Shown here in pieces: positions 13,250-28,200 of a stretch of 64,000 bases of DNA. Every line of letters begins with the position of its first letter. Position 1 is the first letter of the stretch. Location: contig JAQGDQ010000095.1 in assembly GCA_030141605.1 (NCBI GenBank), positions 310,001 through 374,000 on the forward strand, given 5' to 3'. The translations under genes were made by a program, and so were the position numbers. A model generated the notes under the pieces. It was not told where the DNA came from. It saw nothing but the letters and a program-made list of their open reading frames with translations, and made no database searches. The stretch is from Tubiluchus corallicola (Eukaryota; Animalia; Priapulida).

Positions 13250-16120
13250 AAAAATATGCTGCATGGTGGTCAAGAAGCAAAGCTTGTAAGACCACCATGA
13301 AAATTGGAGAAACAACTGCTTAACAAGAGAAAAAATAGAAAAACAGAGAATAGCTAAGATAAAATAATAAACAAAGATAGATAAAAAGAGAAGAGAAATG
13401 AAATAGAAAGGAATTCAGCAGAGACGTGATGCAAACGTGTGAAAATATAAACTGTAATGTAACCAGTCGCGGGATGTACTGTAACTATCGCACTTCACGA
13501 TAAAACTCAAAAAATAAGCATTATAAGTAAGATTTGAGCAGAAAAGGTTTCATGTATCTCTTAAAGCCATATAATTTTCAAAGTGTTGTGACATAAATTG
13601 ATATTTTATTCCATAGATTTGGAGCGGTAAATTTTAGAAAGTGTCTGGCAACATTAGTCCTGCAAAATGGAATATAATATTCATTAAATCTAGTGGAGTG
13701 ATGTTGGTGATTACGTACGACGGGAATTATGAAACGCGGGGGTAATAAACTGTGGTGTGTTTTGTACAGGTAGGTAGCAAGGTGGAAGAATCAGAGTCAT
13801 CTAAATTTAAAATTCCACCGTTATAAAAAAGTATAGGTTCAATTGGGGCTTGTTTAGTTAAATTATAAGTGATTGTCAAAAACGCGGTGTCTGGCTAAGT
13901 AATTTAAGTTTGCTGGATATGTTTTCCCCCATAGAATACAACAATGAGTTAAAAAGGGTAATACTAGACAGCTATATAGTGTTATTAAGTGAAATTTGTG
14001 TAATTTATTTTTTAATAATTGAGATGATGCTAACATTTTTTGCATTTTTTGAACTTATATAATTAATATGGCGCCTCCAATCAAGATTTTTATGAAGCGT
14101 AATACCTAAAAATTTTATAGTTTTAACTCTTTCAATAACTTCGCTATCGATATGTAGGGTACAATTATCAGGTAATTTTTTATTTCTGGAATGGAGGATT
14201 TAATGATAGTACATTTGCCTTAAACCAATCAGCAATTAATTTTAAGAGTTGATTTATTTCTGCAACAGAGAGATAACACAAGTCAAAAAAACAAAGTAGT
14301 GTCATTAGCAAATTGAAATAGATTATCTCTATTTAGTAACTTGCTTAGATCGTTTATGTATGTTTGAAATAATAACAATATGGGTTCTTGAGGCACACCG
14401 CACGTTATAGTTTGAGATTTAGAAAGACAGTTACAACATCTGACTACTACATAGATTCTATTAGACAGATAATTTCAAACCAGTTATAGGCCAAACCTCG
14501 AATACCATAATATAAGAGTTTATGAAGAAGAATTGAATGGTCCCTAGTGTCAAATTCTTTCGACAAGTCACAAAATATATAGGCAGCTATTGAATTTTTT
14601 ATCGTGTTTACAATTTGATCACATACTTTAATTAGCGCTAACTCAGTGGAAAAGGCTTTTCGAAAGCCAAATTGATTATCATTAAGGATATTATGATTGA
14701 TTAAATATTTGTATAACTGATTCTGAGCACATCTCTCCAGAATTTTAGAAAAGAATGGCAGTAATGAAACAGGCCGGTAATTATTTAAGCTAGTATTTTA
14801 TCCACTTTTAGGCTGATAGGCTGTCATTGCTTGAACTTTTGTTAGGATTGACTGTTTTGCAAATGTAGATAACATCAGAAGGTATTACTGGTTCAAAAAA
14901 AGAAAGAATTTGGGTAATTATCAGTCAAATACGTAGCAAAGTGTGTATTAGGTTTGGTAATCTTTTCAGCTAAATTTCAATATTTTTCAATATTTCTTTA
15001 TACATTTAATTTTTATTTCGTATAGACTGCAAAAGGCCGCGAGAAATCCAAGGTTTTTTAATTTTGTTACAATTATTTGTTTTTCTTTAATATGAGCACT
15101 GTAAACATTATTAAACTTCTGGTAAAACTGTTCAGTTGCTTGAATAACTTCATTAATGCTAGTAGTATCATCCCTATTAGTTATAGATAAATTCCGAATT
15201 AACGCATTTTTGATATTATTATTATTATAAGGAGTTATTTTGAGATCAGATGTTTTCTGAATTGACAGATTTAAGTCCGTAATCAGAAATACAGGTTGAT
15301 GGTTAAGTCAGTTAGCAAATTACCTGCATTATAATTATACTGTATATGTTTGTAAAAATATTATCAATTAATGTAGCTGTAATGTTAGTTATTCAAGTCG
15401 GATGTGTAATAGTTGGAAAGACGTAGTTGGCAAACATCATATCAAGGAAGTTTTTAGTATCATTATGAGTTTCATGGTTTAATAAATTGATGTTAAAATC
15501 GCCTGTTATGAATAAATGTTTTGACTGATTGTTTATCTTACTTATAATATCCGATATTTTGTCAGTAAATTGGAGTGCACATTCTCCTGGATGGCGATAT
15601 ACAGAGCCAACAACTATTTTTTTATCGTTATTGCAAGTAATTTCAATAAAAATGGCTTCGATATCTTCCTCAGAGAGAGTTAAATCTTTTCTGATAAACA
15701 ATGCCACACCCCCACCCCCATTATTAATTTTCCTATTAATAAAAACAGCATTATAACCTGGTAAATGAATTGTAGAATCTATATCATCACAAAGCCAAGT
15801 TTCAGTTAATGCTATAATAGAATAGTTTAAATTAAGTGAATGAAATGAAGATACGCAGAAAAGTGGACGAGATTATCATTTACACTGCAGATATTCAAGT
15901 GTATGATTGATAATGAATTGTCATTGATAGTATGATTATTAGTCAACATGGTATTAAATTGATCTATGTCATAGTCGCAAGGGCGTTTGTATTGTTAAAA
16001 AAATAATATCGGGGTCAGCATTATGTAAATTTATGTTATCATTAAGTAATGATTCTGCATCATCTATTAAATCCAAATTAAGAGAATTAATTATCAATTA
16101 TAGCATAGCACCAGTATATC
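13250..16120 (-). mobile_element. Degenerate L2-group (Crack/Daphne-like) LINE with APE and RT remnants
   Basis: IALTETWL; GGGVALFI; VGSVYRHP; ITGDFNINLL; PTITHPT; [16 protein letters not shown]; QFGFRK; CGVPQ; LYSCLVLPFLTHCCILWG. A perfect 10-bp 3' stem-loop lies at 13262-13299. Confidence 0.9.
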
Positions 16121-16563
16121 GAGTATTTAAATAAAAATCTTCATAAAAACTGTGCAGTGCTCGCCTTCTACAACAACTTTTATTAGAAGCAACATGGAAA
16201 CCAACTCCCATAGTTTTACGTGCAACATCTATGCATTTGTATTAAATTGAGATTATCAAATTCCATTTCTATTTGTTCAGCAAAATAATGACAGTTCAAA
16301 GAAAGAAAAGCTGCTATTAGTTTTTATGCACATACGTGGAAAGCTTCAAAAGATCGCACGTCTAAAGGATAAATCTGCTTGATAAAACAATCATGATAAA
16401 TTTATGTTGAATTCGGAGGAATATAATCCAATGTTTAAGTTATTTTGGCAAAATAGTTTGCATTTGCTGCTCACGAAATAATGTGTATCACGTATAATTT
16501 TCGCTTAACTTTGGTTGGGATGCTACCGACTCCGTGTAATATTAGTAGTTGTGATGGTGGTGC

Positions 16564-17085
<522 letters not shown>

Positions 17086-17529
17086 ATTTTCTCATCCTAT
17101 GTGCTCATAAACTCTGACATTTGTTTCATTTATATTTATAATATTATTACGGTATTAAACTCCAAAACGTTGCGACTCTCAATTGGAATCCAATGCGTAA
17201 TAAAACCAACACAGACTCAAGAAGCAGCATTTCAGCAGAGTGCTAAAATGTCACCATAATGTAAATTTTTTTTAGATAAACATTTAAAATTAATCTAAAA
17301 GACCATGTGCATTGAGATCTTGAACACAAGTGTAGTTCAGTCTACATGATATGGCCAGAACGAAAGTTGAACGAAAAGTACAAGAATTCAAAAAATAACA
17401 ATATAAATTATATCTTAATATATTGTTACTATTAATTATTATGATGTTACAATATCAAGTTCATCATTAACGATGTTACAAGCCCACAATTAATTAACTT
17501 TCGATTTAGAACAACGCTGCATTATGCTT

Positions 17530-17602
17530 TTAACTGTGGTGCGGCGATTAACATAGCAGCTCGGATAACAGAAGGCCCGTGTTCGAGTCACAGTGGAGGT
17601 GA
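17530..17602 (+). mobile_element. tRNA-like element (SINE head or tRNA pseudogene)
   Basis: A-box-like TGGTGCGGCGA and a T-arm cgtgTTCGAGTcac at tRNA spacing; the acceptor and anticodon stems do not pair properly. Confidence 0.5.
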
Positions 17603-19049
17603 AAACCTTTCTAATTTTGTATTGCTTTCATGCGTTTATATGAATGTTTAAAATTTAAAGACAAATTTAAACGTAGTTTGTTTAATTAATTTATTATTTT
17701 GTTTAATATTTAATTTATAGCTATAAAAATCTCGTACCATACGAATTGAAGCATCAAATCTAAGCGAATTGTGTAATTTCTTTTCTTTAGTTTTGATGTA
17801 CATGCAGAATAATTTTGACCTAAGGCGTTTTCCAAGTAACATGCGTCACTGATGAACCCAAATCATGCAAGTTCCTTCCGAAAGATTCCAAGTGAAACTA
17901 ACCTAGCGATGCGAAATTGTTAAACACAATGAAAAGTATTAATTGTATTAAAAGTATGAAAAGTGTCAATTTAAATACAATTTTGTTAGCGTATCTTTCT
18001 TGTAACAAAATACAGTCTACAGTGATAAAAATGCTTGATGATGTTAATGATAAAAACAACTCACCTGATTTTGGCTTTCTTCGCTTTTTCTCTTGTCTTC
18101 AACCAACGCTGGAACTGAACTTCTACGCACGTTTTGAGTAAGGTAGGTTCAGCAATAATTTTGACTCCCAATTTATCTTGAAGAATTGGTTGCAAGTTCC
18201 GCTATTCAACTTGTATACCAGACCAAATATTGTAGGAACTGGGTTCCTCAATAAAAATTACTAAGACGATTTTTTTGTTTCACTGGAATTTTTTAAAAGA
18301 TGATATCACTGTGTTTTTAACTAAGTTTTGTGTTTGAAAGTACCAATAGCGGTGCGCATTTAGTCTTAGGATGCCTTTACCAATTTATATATATTAAGTT
18401 TATTTAAATAGTAATTTGTCGTCACGAGGCGTAAATTACGCCAATTTAGTTGCCTAAACAGTGAAATTTTACGACAATTCCGTGTCGGACTCGAGGAGTT
18501 CCCAATGCCGAGCTCTAAGCTTATGTGCAGTGCAGTTATTAACCTGCGCAAACTCCCAACATTATTTCCTCATACGAATGAATAAGAAGCCTTTATCGCC
18601 AACGCATGTACCCCTAACTAATGACAAACACTACAACATCTAACAAATATTGACACAAAGGAAAATTACAAACCACAGAGCAATCATGAATATTTTATTG
18701 AATATTATGGTGTTTGTTTGTTGTTTTAATTCACGTTGTCACTGTTTGTGAGTTGTTATGTTCTAATTCAAATTCACGTTATGTCATTGCAAGAATGAGC
18801 CGTAATTGTCGCCGTTGTTAACTATTGTACCCACGATAAAAGCCTATTGTCTTATGCACATTTTTTTTTCAGAACTATTTTCGGTTTTACATAAAAAGTG
18901 TAAAAATGAACTTTACATAGCTATACATGAAAAAGAATAGCGCATGTGCACAAATGTCATGCGATACAGAAGTCTGCTAAGAAAGCAAATTAGGAGTGTA
19001 GCTAAATATATGCGGCTGCCAATGGCCTGCCTTTAAACAGCCCGACTGC

Positions 19050-19576
<527 letters not shown>

Positions 19577-20339
19577 AGGCTAGATACCTTACCTATGTTT
19601 GTGACTTGCCGTTGCAAACTGTTTTTGTTGACTGCAGGAAACCCTACTGGGATCCGGCCTACCCTTATAGCCTTTAGCTTAAAGGTCTAACCTGCCAGAC
19701 ATACTCACTGGAGGTGACCTGCAAAGTCACACATATATGATTTCTGATAAATATATATGTAATATATGTTCCAAAATACAGATCTCAAGAAGGACTTTAT
19801 ATTAAAAAGCAATGTATTTTGCTGTAAATGTATTCCGGTCACTATTTCAACTATCTTTTTTGCAAGAACTAGTAAATCTTACTGTTTTTTCTTGACATGC
19901 TCGACTTGTGTAGTTAAACTACACATGGATTAGTATGATTCTGTTATTGCAAAAAAATCTTCTAACTTTGTTGTTAATATTATTATCAATGTCTTCATTA
20001 TAATCACCTCAACTTATCATAAGCAACAGATCGTCATCGATCACAACTCATGTCATCAGCATCATCACTACGTTTTGGTAAAGGAGTTGGAGATTTTGTC
20101 AACTTAGTTTTTAAAGATTTAACATTTGAACAGCATTTTAAAATTAGCAACTTTTTAATTTAAATTAAAACATTAGATCTGTCAATCTTTGACGTCTTCT
20201 TGACTATTTTAACTTCTTCAAATTCTTGATCTTCTTGAAATTTTCAAAATTTGCAAGTTTCTAATTTACGTGACGTGAGTTAAATACAAAATTGAAGGGT
20301 GGCTTACTGATCTTTGGTTGTTATAATAGATTACAGATA

Positions 20340-20730
20340 ACACTACAGTTACGAATCTGCACAAAATGGGTTACAAAAATGGTAGAAGAGTTAAAGAATA
20401 TTCCTTATTGCAGCGAATTAAGCGTCTATATGTCTGCATACATTATTAACTACAAGGACGCGTGCTGATTTAATACAAGCTTTCAATATTATTAAAGGAA
20501 TTCATGATGTGGATGTTGGAAACTTCTTTACATTTATGAACCATGGGATGATGATGCGAGAACGCCAGTAAAAACTGTACATGAAAAGAGCAAAGCTGGA
20601 TTTAACTCATTTAAGAAAATATTTTTTAAATCATAGGATAATTGATCTGTTGAATGGTTTACCTCAAAAGGCCATGGAAGCAGCTTAAAGGGGCCTTCCA
20701 AGAACGAAATCTAGATTGGATTCATGAGAA
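20340..20730 (+). mobile_element. CR1 3' fragment
   Basis: DLIQAFNIIKGIHDVDVGNFF...KLYMKRAKLDL...RIIDLLNGLPQKAMEA. Confidence 0.75.
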
Positions 20731-22224
20731 ACATGTCTGCAAACACTGAGTTTTCTACAGCATACTAGTACTCTTAGTCATAGATGCCTATATATTTTTG
20801 CTCTATTTGTATATAGTGTATATATAATGTATCAAATCGTTATAATCATTGTTATTAAAGTACAAGCGCCACAAAAAGTTGTTTTAGAGGAAGAGTGTGT
20901 GATATAACCCAGTTTTGGGTTCCTTACACAATGGCTACCAAAATTAAAACCATAACAAGTGTCAAAACGATGGGAGTAGCTGCAAAGAAAAAGATAAATT
21001 TAACTTCTAGTGACGATTGCAAAGTATACTACCTTCAACTTTTACTGTTCTACAACATCGCTCAGATTTCATATTTTTCACAAAAAAGGCTTGAAATAAG
21101 TGAAATATGTTAGTCGTTATTCCTAAAGACTTACAAACAAATAGGAAGAAGTTATTAATTGCAAAACAAAAGCACACGTTTTCGCAAAACTTGTTAACTT
21201 TTAGATACGTGACTTTGCATGTTGACTTTGTAGTCTCAACGTGTTGACTGTCTATTAGATGATAGAGATTTAGCATACGTTCAAATAATTATGGAGGTCT
21301 TGATTGCAAAGGCTAGAACCTAGAACATATAATGTTTTATTTTCTCCAGTGTTACTTGCAGCAATAATGTCTGACCAGTATTAAATAAACATGATTATTG
21401 AGCTGGACAGGGAGGGACCAAAGGATCGAGTTACCTTTCATACAAATGGCAGATTTAATAAAATTAAACAATATTCAGTAGTAAAAAGGCGACGATACAT
21501 GACAACAAAAACAATAAAGCAAAGTAAAACAAGAGAATGATACTTAATTGCCAATTAACAAAAATTTAAAAGAAAATAGTTAAGTACGTAATCTAAACAA
21601 AAGAACGCAATTAGGGGGACAGCAGGGGATTTGTAAGCAATATAATAAATTATTAGCTTGCATGTACACTAAAATGAGTGCATGATGAATGATAAATGCA
21701 AATAAAAATAACACGGATATTATCAATATATCAGTGTAATAAAAAGAAAGGTTTTTTACGAAAACAAAAAAGAATAACAATAAAAAGTTTATAAGCAAGA
21801 ACACGAAATATTGGCTTAAACTAAAAAAACAAGCGATGAGTAACTGCAAACAATAATAAAGGAAAACAATGACCAATAATATAATAAAATTAAATAAACA
21901 AATTATTTTTGGAGGAAATAGCAGCAAATAATAACAAACAACAAAAATTTATAGACAAAAATAATTATATATTTTTTATACTGGTTGAAAGAATAAAAAA
22001 CTATTTGGTAACTAGAACTTAGCACTAGTCAGAGTACTAGCTAAGCGAACTAGAACTAGCGAATACTAGTAAAAGGCTACGAAATCTAAGCAAATAGGCC
22101 TTAGGCAATTACTAGTTCGTAACTTATGTTTTAGACAATGACAAACATGTCTAATTACAGCCATGATCACAGACTCAGCTCAGACTCGTAATCGGATCGT
22201 AAAAAATAAATGGTTAACTTACTA

Positions 22225-22243
22225 GTCGGCAGATGGCGCTGTG
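22225..22243 (+). promoter_or_regulatory. CTCF-like (also YY1-like) motif in the PELP1 promoter/5' UTR
   Basis: gtcggcAGATGGCGCtgtg, ~35 bp upstream of the ATG at 22276, in a locally CpG-richer patch. Confidence 0.4.
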
Positions 22244-22275
22244 CTCCTCTGTCGAATCACATGTCAACTTAAGGA

Positions 22276-25200
22276 ATGGCGTCTTCCAGTAAGGAATATA
22301 TGAATGAAATTCTGCTAGCAAAGTTCGACGAATCTTGTAATGTTACAAACATAAATAGTACGATTTTTAGCCTAAGGGAATATAGAACACTGTCAAAGGT
22401 AACTTGCTTATTCAAAAGCCCGGTTATAAGTCGCTAACAGGCTAATTTGCAAGTTTTTATTGCTCAATTCATTTATATCAAGATTTCGTAATAGAATGCA
22501 CTCACAAACATTAAAAAGCATTTTTAAACACCACACTTCACTAATACTGCAATTAGACACAGTAATGCTCCAACTGAGTCTTAGTCGTGCGACATCCTAG
22601 TATTCGCATGCCTGCAGTATCCTGTTATATCGACATCACTCAATATTTTATGCTTTCCCTGTTGAAATCTTTTTCACGAATTTCCATTGCTGCGATTGTG
22701 AGCCTTCGCTGAAGACATTTCAAGTTTGACTAAGCGCAAGTCGTTTTGTGTGGTTTTTCGCACCCCTAAACACTTCTTTATGCATGATATGTACAACGTA
22801 CCAGTTAGGCCAGTGTTGTGTACTAACCAACTTTCGCAACTATGCATAACTGCACTAACGAAAGTAGCTCTCAGAGCCATGCGTTTGATACTAACTGGGC
22901 AAGATACATTCTTCTGTACCAATGCAGCATATTTAAGTTGATGACAAAATTTCAGCTTGATGTGTTAGGCTAAAGCTTTAGTCTTTACTCAACCTACCAT
23001 TCTCTATAAAAGCTGTGCCTAAGTATACATAAAAATTACATGATGCAACCCACAAATCATCAATTAATTGGTCTTTATCATTTTCATCACAGTTTGTCCT
23101 TAACAGCTATGCCTTAATATTATTGGTCTTCAATTTTCTTGGACATCTTAGAAGTTAATAAGTTGCTAATAAGTTTATAAGAGGATTTATAAACAGCCTG
23201 AATAATGGGCAAGATAGTAGATTTATTGGATGTGCACCAATGTCACTGTGCATTCATGACAAAGATCCATATAAAATGCAGCTTTAGCCGACAACTGATA
23301 ATATTCAGTAATGTGGAGCAAACAATCCTGTCTATTTTATGACATGATCATTGACAGTCTAGACTGGACTGCCCTGTATTGCTTCTCTTGATCCTGCCAC
23401 TAGTTAATCTTCTGGAAAATGGAAAGAGTGGGTATGGCATTTTTGAATTGAAAATAATAAATTAATTGTCGCATAAATCTAGCCGTAGAAACCCATATTT
23501 TAGTTTTTGTTCACATATAGTTATGACCCTCTGATGCACTTTTCCTGGCTAAGTGTCTAGTAAATGGGAAAAATTTCCATTACCGTAATGTGTTCTTTCA
23601 ATTGTTTACCTGGAATTTCTTTAAATTCGTGATGTTAATTGGAATGCTCCATCTAATATAACTTATTAAGTGTTATAATGAGGATAAAGCCTTTAATACA
23701 CTTCCTTGCATGCTGTATTTAAGAGAAGGGCTTACTACGGAACAATAAGCATAACTGTGGTGTTAACTGTCAAGACATGCCTTTGAACTTCAGTGAAGGG
23801 AATTCCAGTGTGATTTGTGTTTAGATAGCTGAAAAGTGCAAATCTCGTCCTTAAAAATTGGTGTTGCTCAAATATTGTGAACTTAATGTCTGTCTACCCA
23901 TAGTATTTTTATAAAGTGAATGAAAATATTATATTTTTGTATAACGTACTTTTTGCAGATCATGGTATTTTGGCAGTATTTTTATTTACATTTTATATTT
24001 ATTTTTACAGTTCCCTGTTGTTTTTACAGAATTTACAAGGAAAGTCAAGTGATTGGATAAGTGAAGCAAATAAATTGTTATATAATAACAAAACAAGGTT
24101 AGTTAAATATGAAAAGTGTTTAGATAAGTAAATTAAAAAAAGATATGTATGCCTTCTAAAAGATTAGGCACAAAAAAGAATACTTTAATACTAAATGTCT
24201 TGTTCACACTCAAACTGAAAAGTATTTGTCTAAAACTGTAGAACCTCACCTGATTGTGCAAAATTTCGGATCAAAAGTTTATTTAGGTGAGCAGAATTTC
24301 TGTTGAAATTAAATAGGAACACATTTCACATTTTCCTTTACTAAGTGAACAGTTCAAACTGACCAAACTTCGTAACTTATAGCTACAATATAATTTAGCC
24401 TTAATGTTTTTATCAAATACTTTTTATGAATTATTAATGTTTAGTTAAGGAAATTTTTCTTTGTTTTTTTATGGACAGCAAGGAGGCATGACTCCTGTTT
24501 TATTCTTTAAATTTCATTTTAAAATAAACTATTACTTACTTTCTTATTTTGTTTTTTAACTTTTCTTGCGTTTAATTTTTTCTAGGGTTAAAGGATTGTT
24601 GCTTTTGTATAATATAGTTGAACAGTGCAATGCTGATGTCTTTAAAGAAAATATTTTGCAATGGTTAAGAAAACTGCAGCAGCTGTTACAGGTTTTCCTT
24701 ATTTTACTATCATTTGCAGAATGATGTTCTTATTCTGGTTGTTAAACTTGTTGTCTAGCTTTGTAATTTTAACTTGAATTAGTGAATGCTTATGTTTAAT
24801 AAGTACAAATTCATCTATATGTATGTGCTTGGCTTCTTTTAAGAAAATTTCAGAAAATTTAGTATTATCCCATAAGATTGCTATATAGTTTATAAATTTG
24901 TTCTCGATTGACATGTCTGCCTCCTAAGTGTGTGTTTCTATATAAATACACATTAAATGTGTACTCTCCTGACGAACAATACATTTGGCACCTATTAATT
25001 TCATTATATACAATAGCCAAAAATAATTTAAACAAGATAATCACAATTTTAGGTAACTAATTTGACATGCGTGCATGTCAAGAACCTGTTTAATATTACG
25101 TAATTAGTCTTTCATCTTTTAACTTGCCCACTATGAGCATAGAGAAATAATGGCTTTTTACCTTTTTTCAAGGAAAGTTTTCAACATTTCGACTCTTCGC

Positions 25201-28200
25201 ATGGAATAGCTGCTCTCGTTGCTGCTAGTATCCTCTATCATGCTGCTACTCAACCGGAATTATCAAGACAAATTGCTAGTCAAATTCTGTCACAAATTGT
25301 AACTACATTAATAGCTGCACAGGTATGAAAAATTTGACATTAAAGTAATGATCAGTTATTTTTTGTTGGCTTTACATAACTGAATGTATTTTGCTGACTT
25401 TTTGAGCAGTCATCTGAGCCAGATCACTTAAATTATTTGCCAAAGTTTAATAGGGACGCCTTAATTTGACCATTAGATCATTTTGATAAACCTTTTCAAA
25501 TTGCCAATTTGTCATTAAATTTCATATATCTTTCTGTTAAAAAGAAAATATGTTAATCTTTTTGAGAGAGAACTCTTCAATGTCCTTAGATTGGAGCCTT
25601 AAATTAAGGAATTCTGAAATGTAGTCTAATCCTATTCTTATTTCTGTGGTGTATTTAGGAAACTCATGTTGGGCAACTTCATTGCCTTTATACATGCTTG
25701 AAGTACTTTTCCAGTTCTTGTGGACCGTTGAAGGTAATTCTGTCTTTTTCCTTTCTAGATTTTTTCTTTTATTCAGTATTATGCTAACTTTAATGTTTTT
25801 TTGCTTTTTTTGAAATTTTGAAATGTGTATGAATGTTGTTTGTTTGTCTTAATAAATGTTCTTAAATTGCAAAACTGGTAAATATGAGACTGAAAAAATT
25901 TTTGTTATGCTTTTTGGGCGGGGTGATGTTTGCTAAACAAAATCTTTGAGGTCTTCCTTTGTATGTTGTGATAAGTATCCCATCAAATTGTGAGTTCTGC
26001 CATAGTCATTGATGACGTCAGAAATTTATGTAAGCTCCATATCTTTTACGATATAAACTGAGATGCTTACACACATTTCGTTGTCATTAAACAACCACTT
26101 ACTTGAAAATAAATATTTTGTTGTCGCAATAAAAGGGTTTTTATGTTTTTTGTTCGCTGTTGACTCATATTTATAGACTTTTACTGACTGTAACTAGTTT
26201 GTAAGTTTTCAAGCTTATGAATGGTTTGCTTTAAAATGACTTCACTTTTTGCAGTAAAATGTTACTTTAAGAGCAGTGCAGTACTGCTGCTGTAGGTTTC
26301 AGCTAATTGTGTTGTTTGTTAGGCACTGGGTAGTATTTACAGTAAGTTGCCCATAAAGTTGCATTATTTGTGTATATACGAATTAAAATAACTAATGAGT
26401 ATTAAAAGAAACCGTTAAACGTAAAATCGTTATTCTGTCAGCAATATTTCTCTGATGTATTAAAATATTTTATTTTTAAAAGTGGATATAGCTACCAAAT
26501 TGATCATAATTATGTAACTTTCTTTGTTCAGGGTAAAATTTACACATTTTTAACTACATTGCTGTTTGGAGAGAAGCAACACCAGTCTCAAATTCTAGAG
26601 GTAAACAAAATTGAATTTATTTGATTTATTTTCAGGGGCTGTGCTGCACTTCAAAAGTCAGTGTTATTGAAATAGTTTTTGTTGAACTTTTTATTCCACT
26701 TGCTATCTAGTACTTTTTAGCATACTTTTTGCAAAATGTATGTAAATATGTTAAATCTTTATTACATGTTAGTATTTAATTAAATTGTTTAGTTACTAGC
26801 CAATAGGAGTTGTTACGAGTTATTAATTAAGATCTGTCATCAAAGCTAGATTTTTCTGAGATGTGCTTGATGTATGAATACAGAAACAGGTTAGTACAGT
26901 CAGTCATAAGTGTTGAATTGTGTTTTAGAAAGCTGCTGAGTGTTATGCTTTGCTTCCACAATGTGGAGGTGGAGGTAATCAAGGTGTTAATCACTCTACT
27001 GCCTGGAGCAACCAATGTGATTCATTGCTGGGATCTCTACATGATATTCTAGATGCATTGTATGAAGGGTTTAATTATGGTGAGTCATGACTATACACAA
27101 GTAGACTAAAAGAAAAGGGTAACTAGCATTTTGTTGTTGATTTTTGCTTTTGTTGCTGATTATTCAACTAGAGCTTTAAAGACTCACATGGCGTCAACCC
27201 TATAGTAGTAGATGTAAGGAAGTTCCTAATGCAAATTATTTAGTTAGCTTTGCTCGTTATCACTTATTTTTGCATTAGAACCGCAGTTATCAAAATAGAT
27301 TACAGTAGATTATGTTCTCATTGCACATGTTTACTGTTCCATCATTTCTGAACAGTATATTACAGGCGTGCTATATGGCAACTTCTTATAAATGTATTCA
27401 TCGTAATGAATGCATTTGTGCTTTGCTTAAACTTTGTCTGACATCATATTTTCATGCCAAGCTTCATATTTCCTGTTTGTAAATACATCTCTGTGAATAG
27501 TGAAATGGGCTACATTATAACAAAGCATGGTGACAGTCATTATCTATAGCGATTCCCTTTTCTATCTTCTTTGGAGTTTGCTAAGCCAACATTGTTATTC
27601 CAGATAATGACAGACGACCTCAAGAGCGACTGCCCTTTGACTTTTTGTCTTCTTTGCCTACATCAGCATTACAAGAGAAATTGAGCGTAATTTGCTTGTG
27701 TTTGCAGAAGTTGCTTCTGTAAGTGTCAGCATATCTAATTGAACTTTACTTCTATTTTTTGCATTACATAAATAAAAGTGTCATTTCTTGAATATTTTGT
27801 TTTGTTTTATACTTAGTGAATTTTGTAAAATTATTTGTAGCCATCTTTTATGTGGTAAAAACTGTTGTATTTGGCTCACTTTTGTCTTTTATAGCATCAT
27901 GCATTTTGGCATTCATAGCTAAAGGCTTCACGTTGGCGTTTTCCCTTTTATGTAATTAACTTTTCTCTTTTATTAGCCTACATTAAGTGGTTAATGTAAC
28001 TTGCTTGTTTTACTTTTGTAGTGCTGACATGAGTGCTGAGGCTAAAGTCCCATACTCTGACATCATAAATACCGCCTGTCGGTGCTTGTCTGTGAATTTA
28101 AGTCATTTGGTGGGTTGTGATTACATATAATTGCTCTTTGTAATCTTAAACAAACACTGGTTAACACTTTAACTACTTTGATGTTACTTATTTACTCACA

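Noticed and set aside
17530-17602. Functional tRNA gene
   Set aside because: Only the T-arm pairs; the acceptor and anticodon stems are broken.
18428-18442. GGCGTAA-A-TTACGCC hairpin as a Helitron 3' end
   Set aside because: No clean CTRR|T terminus or 5' TC end could be identified.
21580-21927. Hydrophobic 115-aa membrane-like ORF (also 47706-48040)
   Set aside because: Antisense translation of A-rich low-complexity DNA, probably LINE 3' UTR-like sequence.
26009-26061. Box C/D snoRNA candidate (TGATGA...CTGA) in a PELP1 intron
   Set aside because: Short, with no terminal stem or rRNA-complementary guide that I could recognise; a snoscan/Infernal search would be needed.
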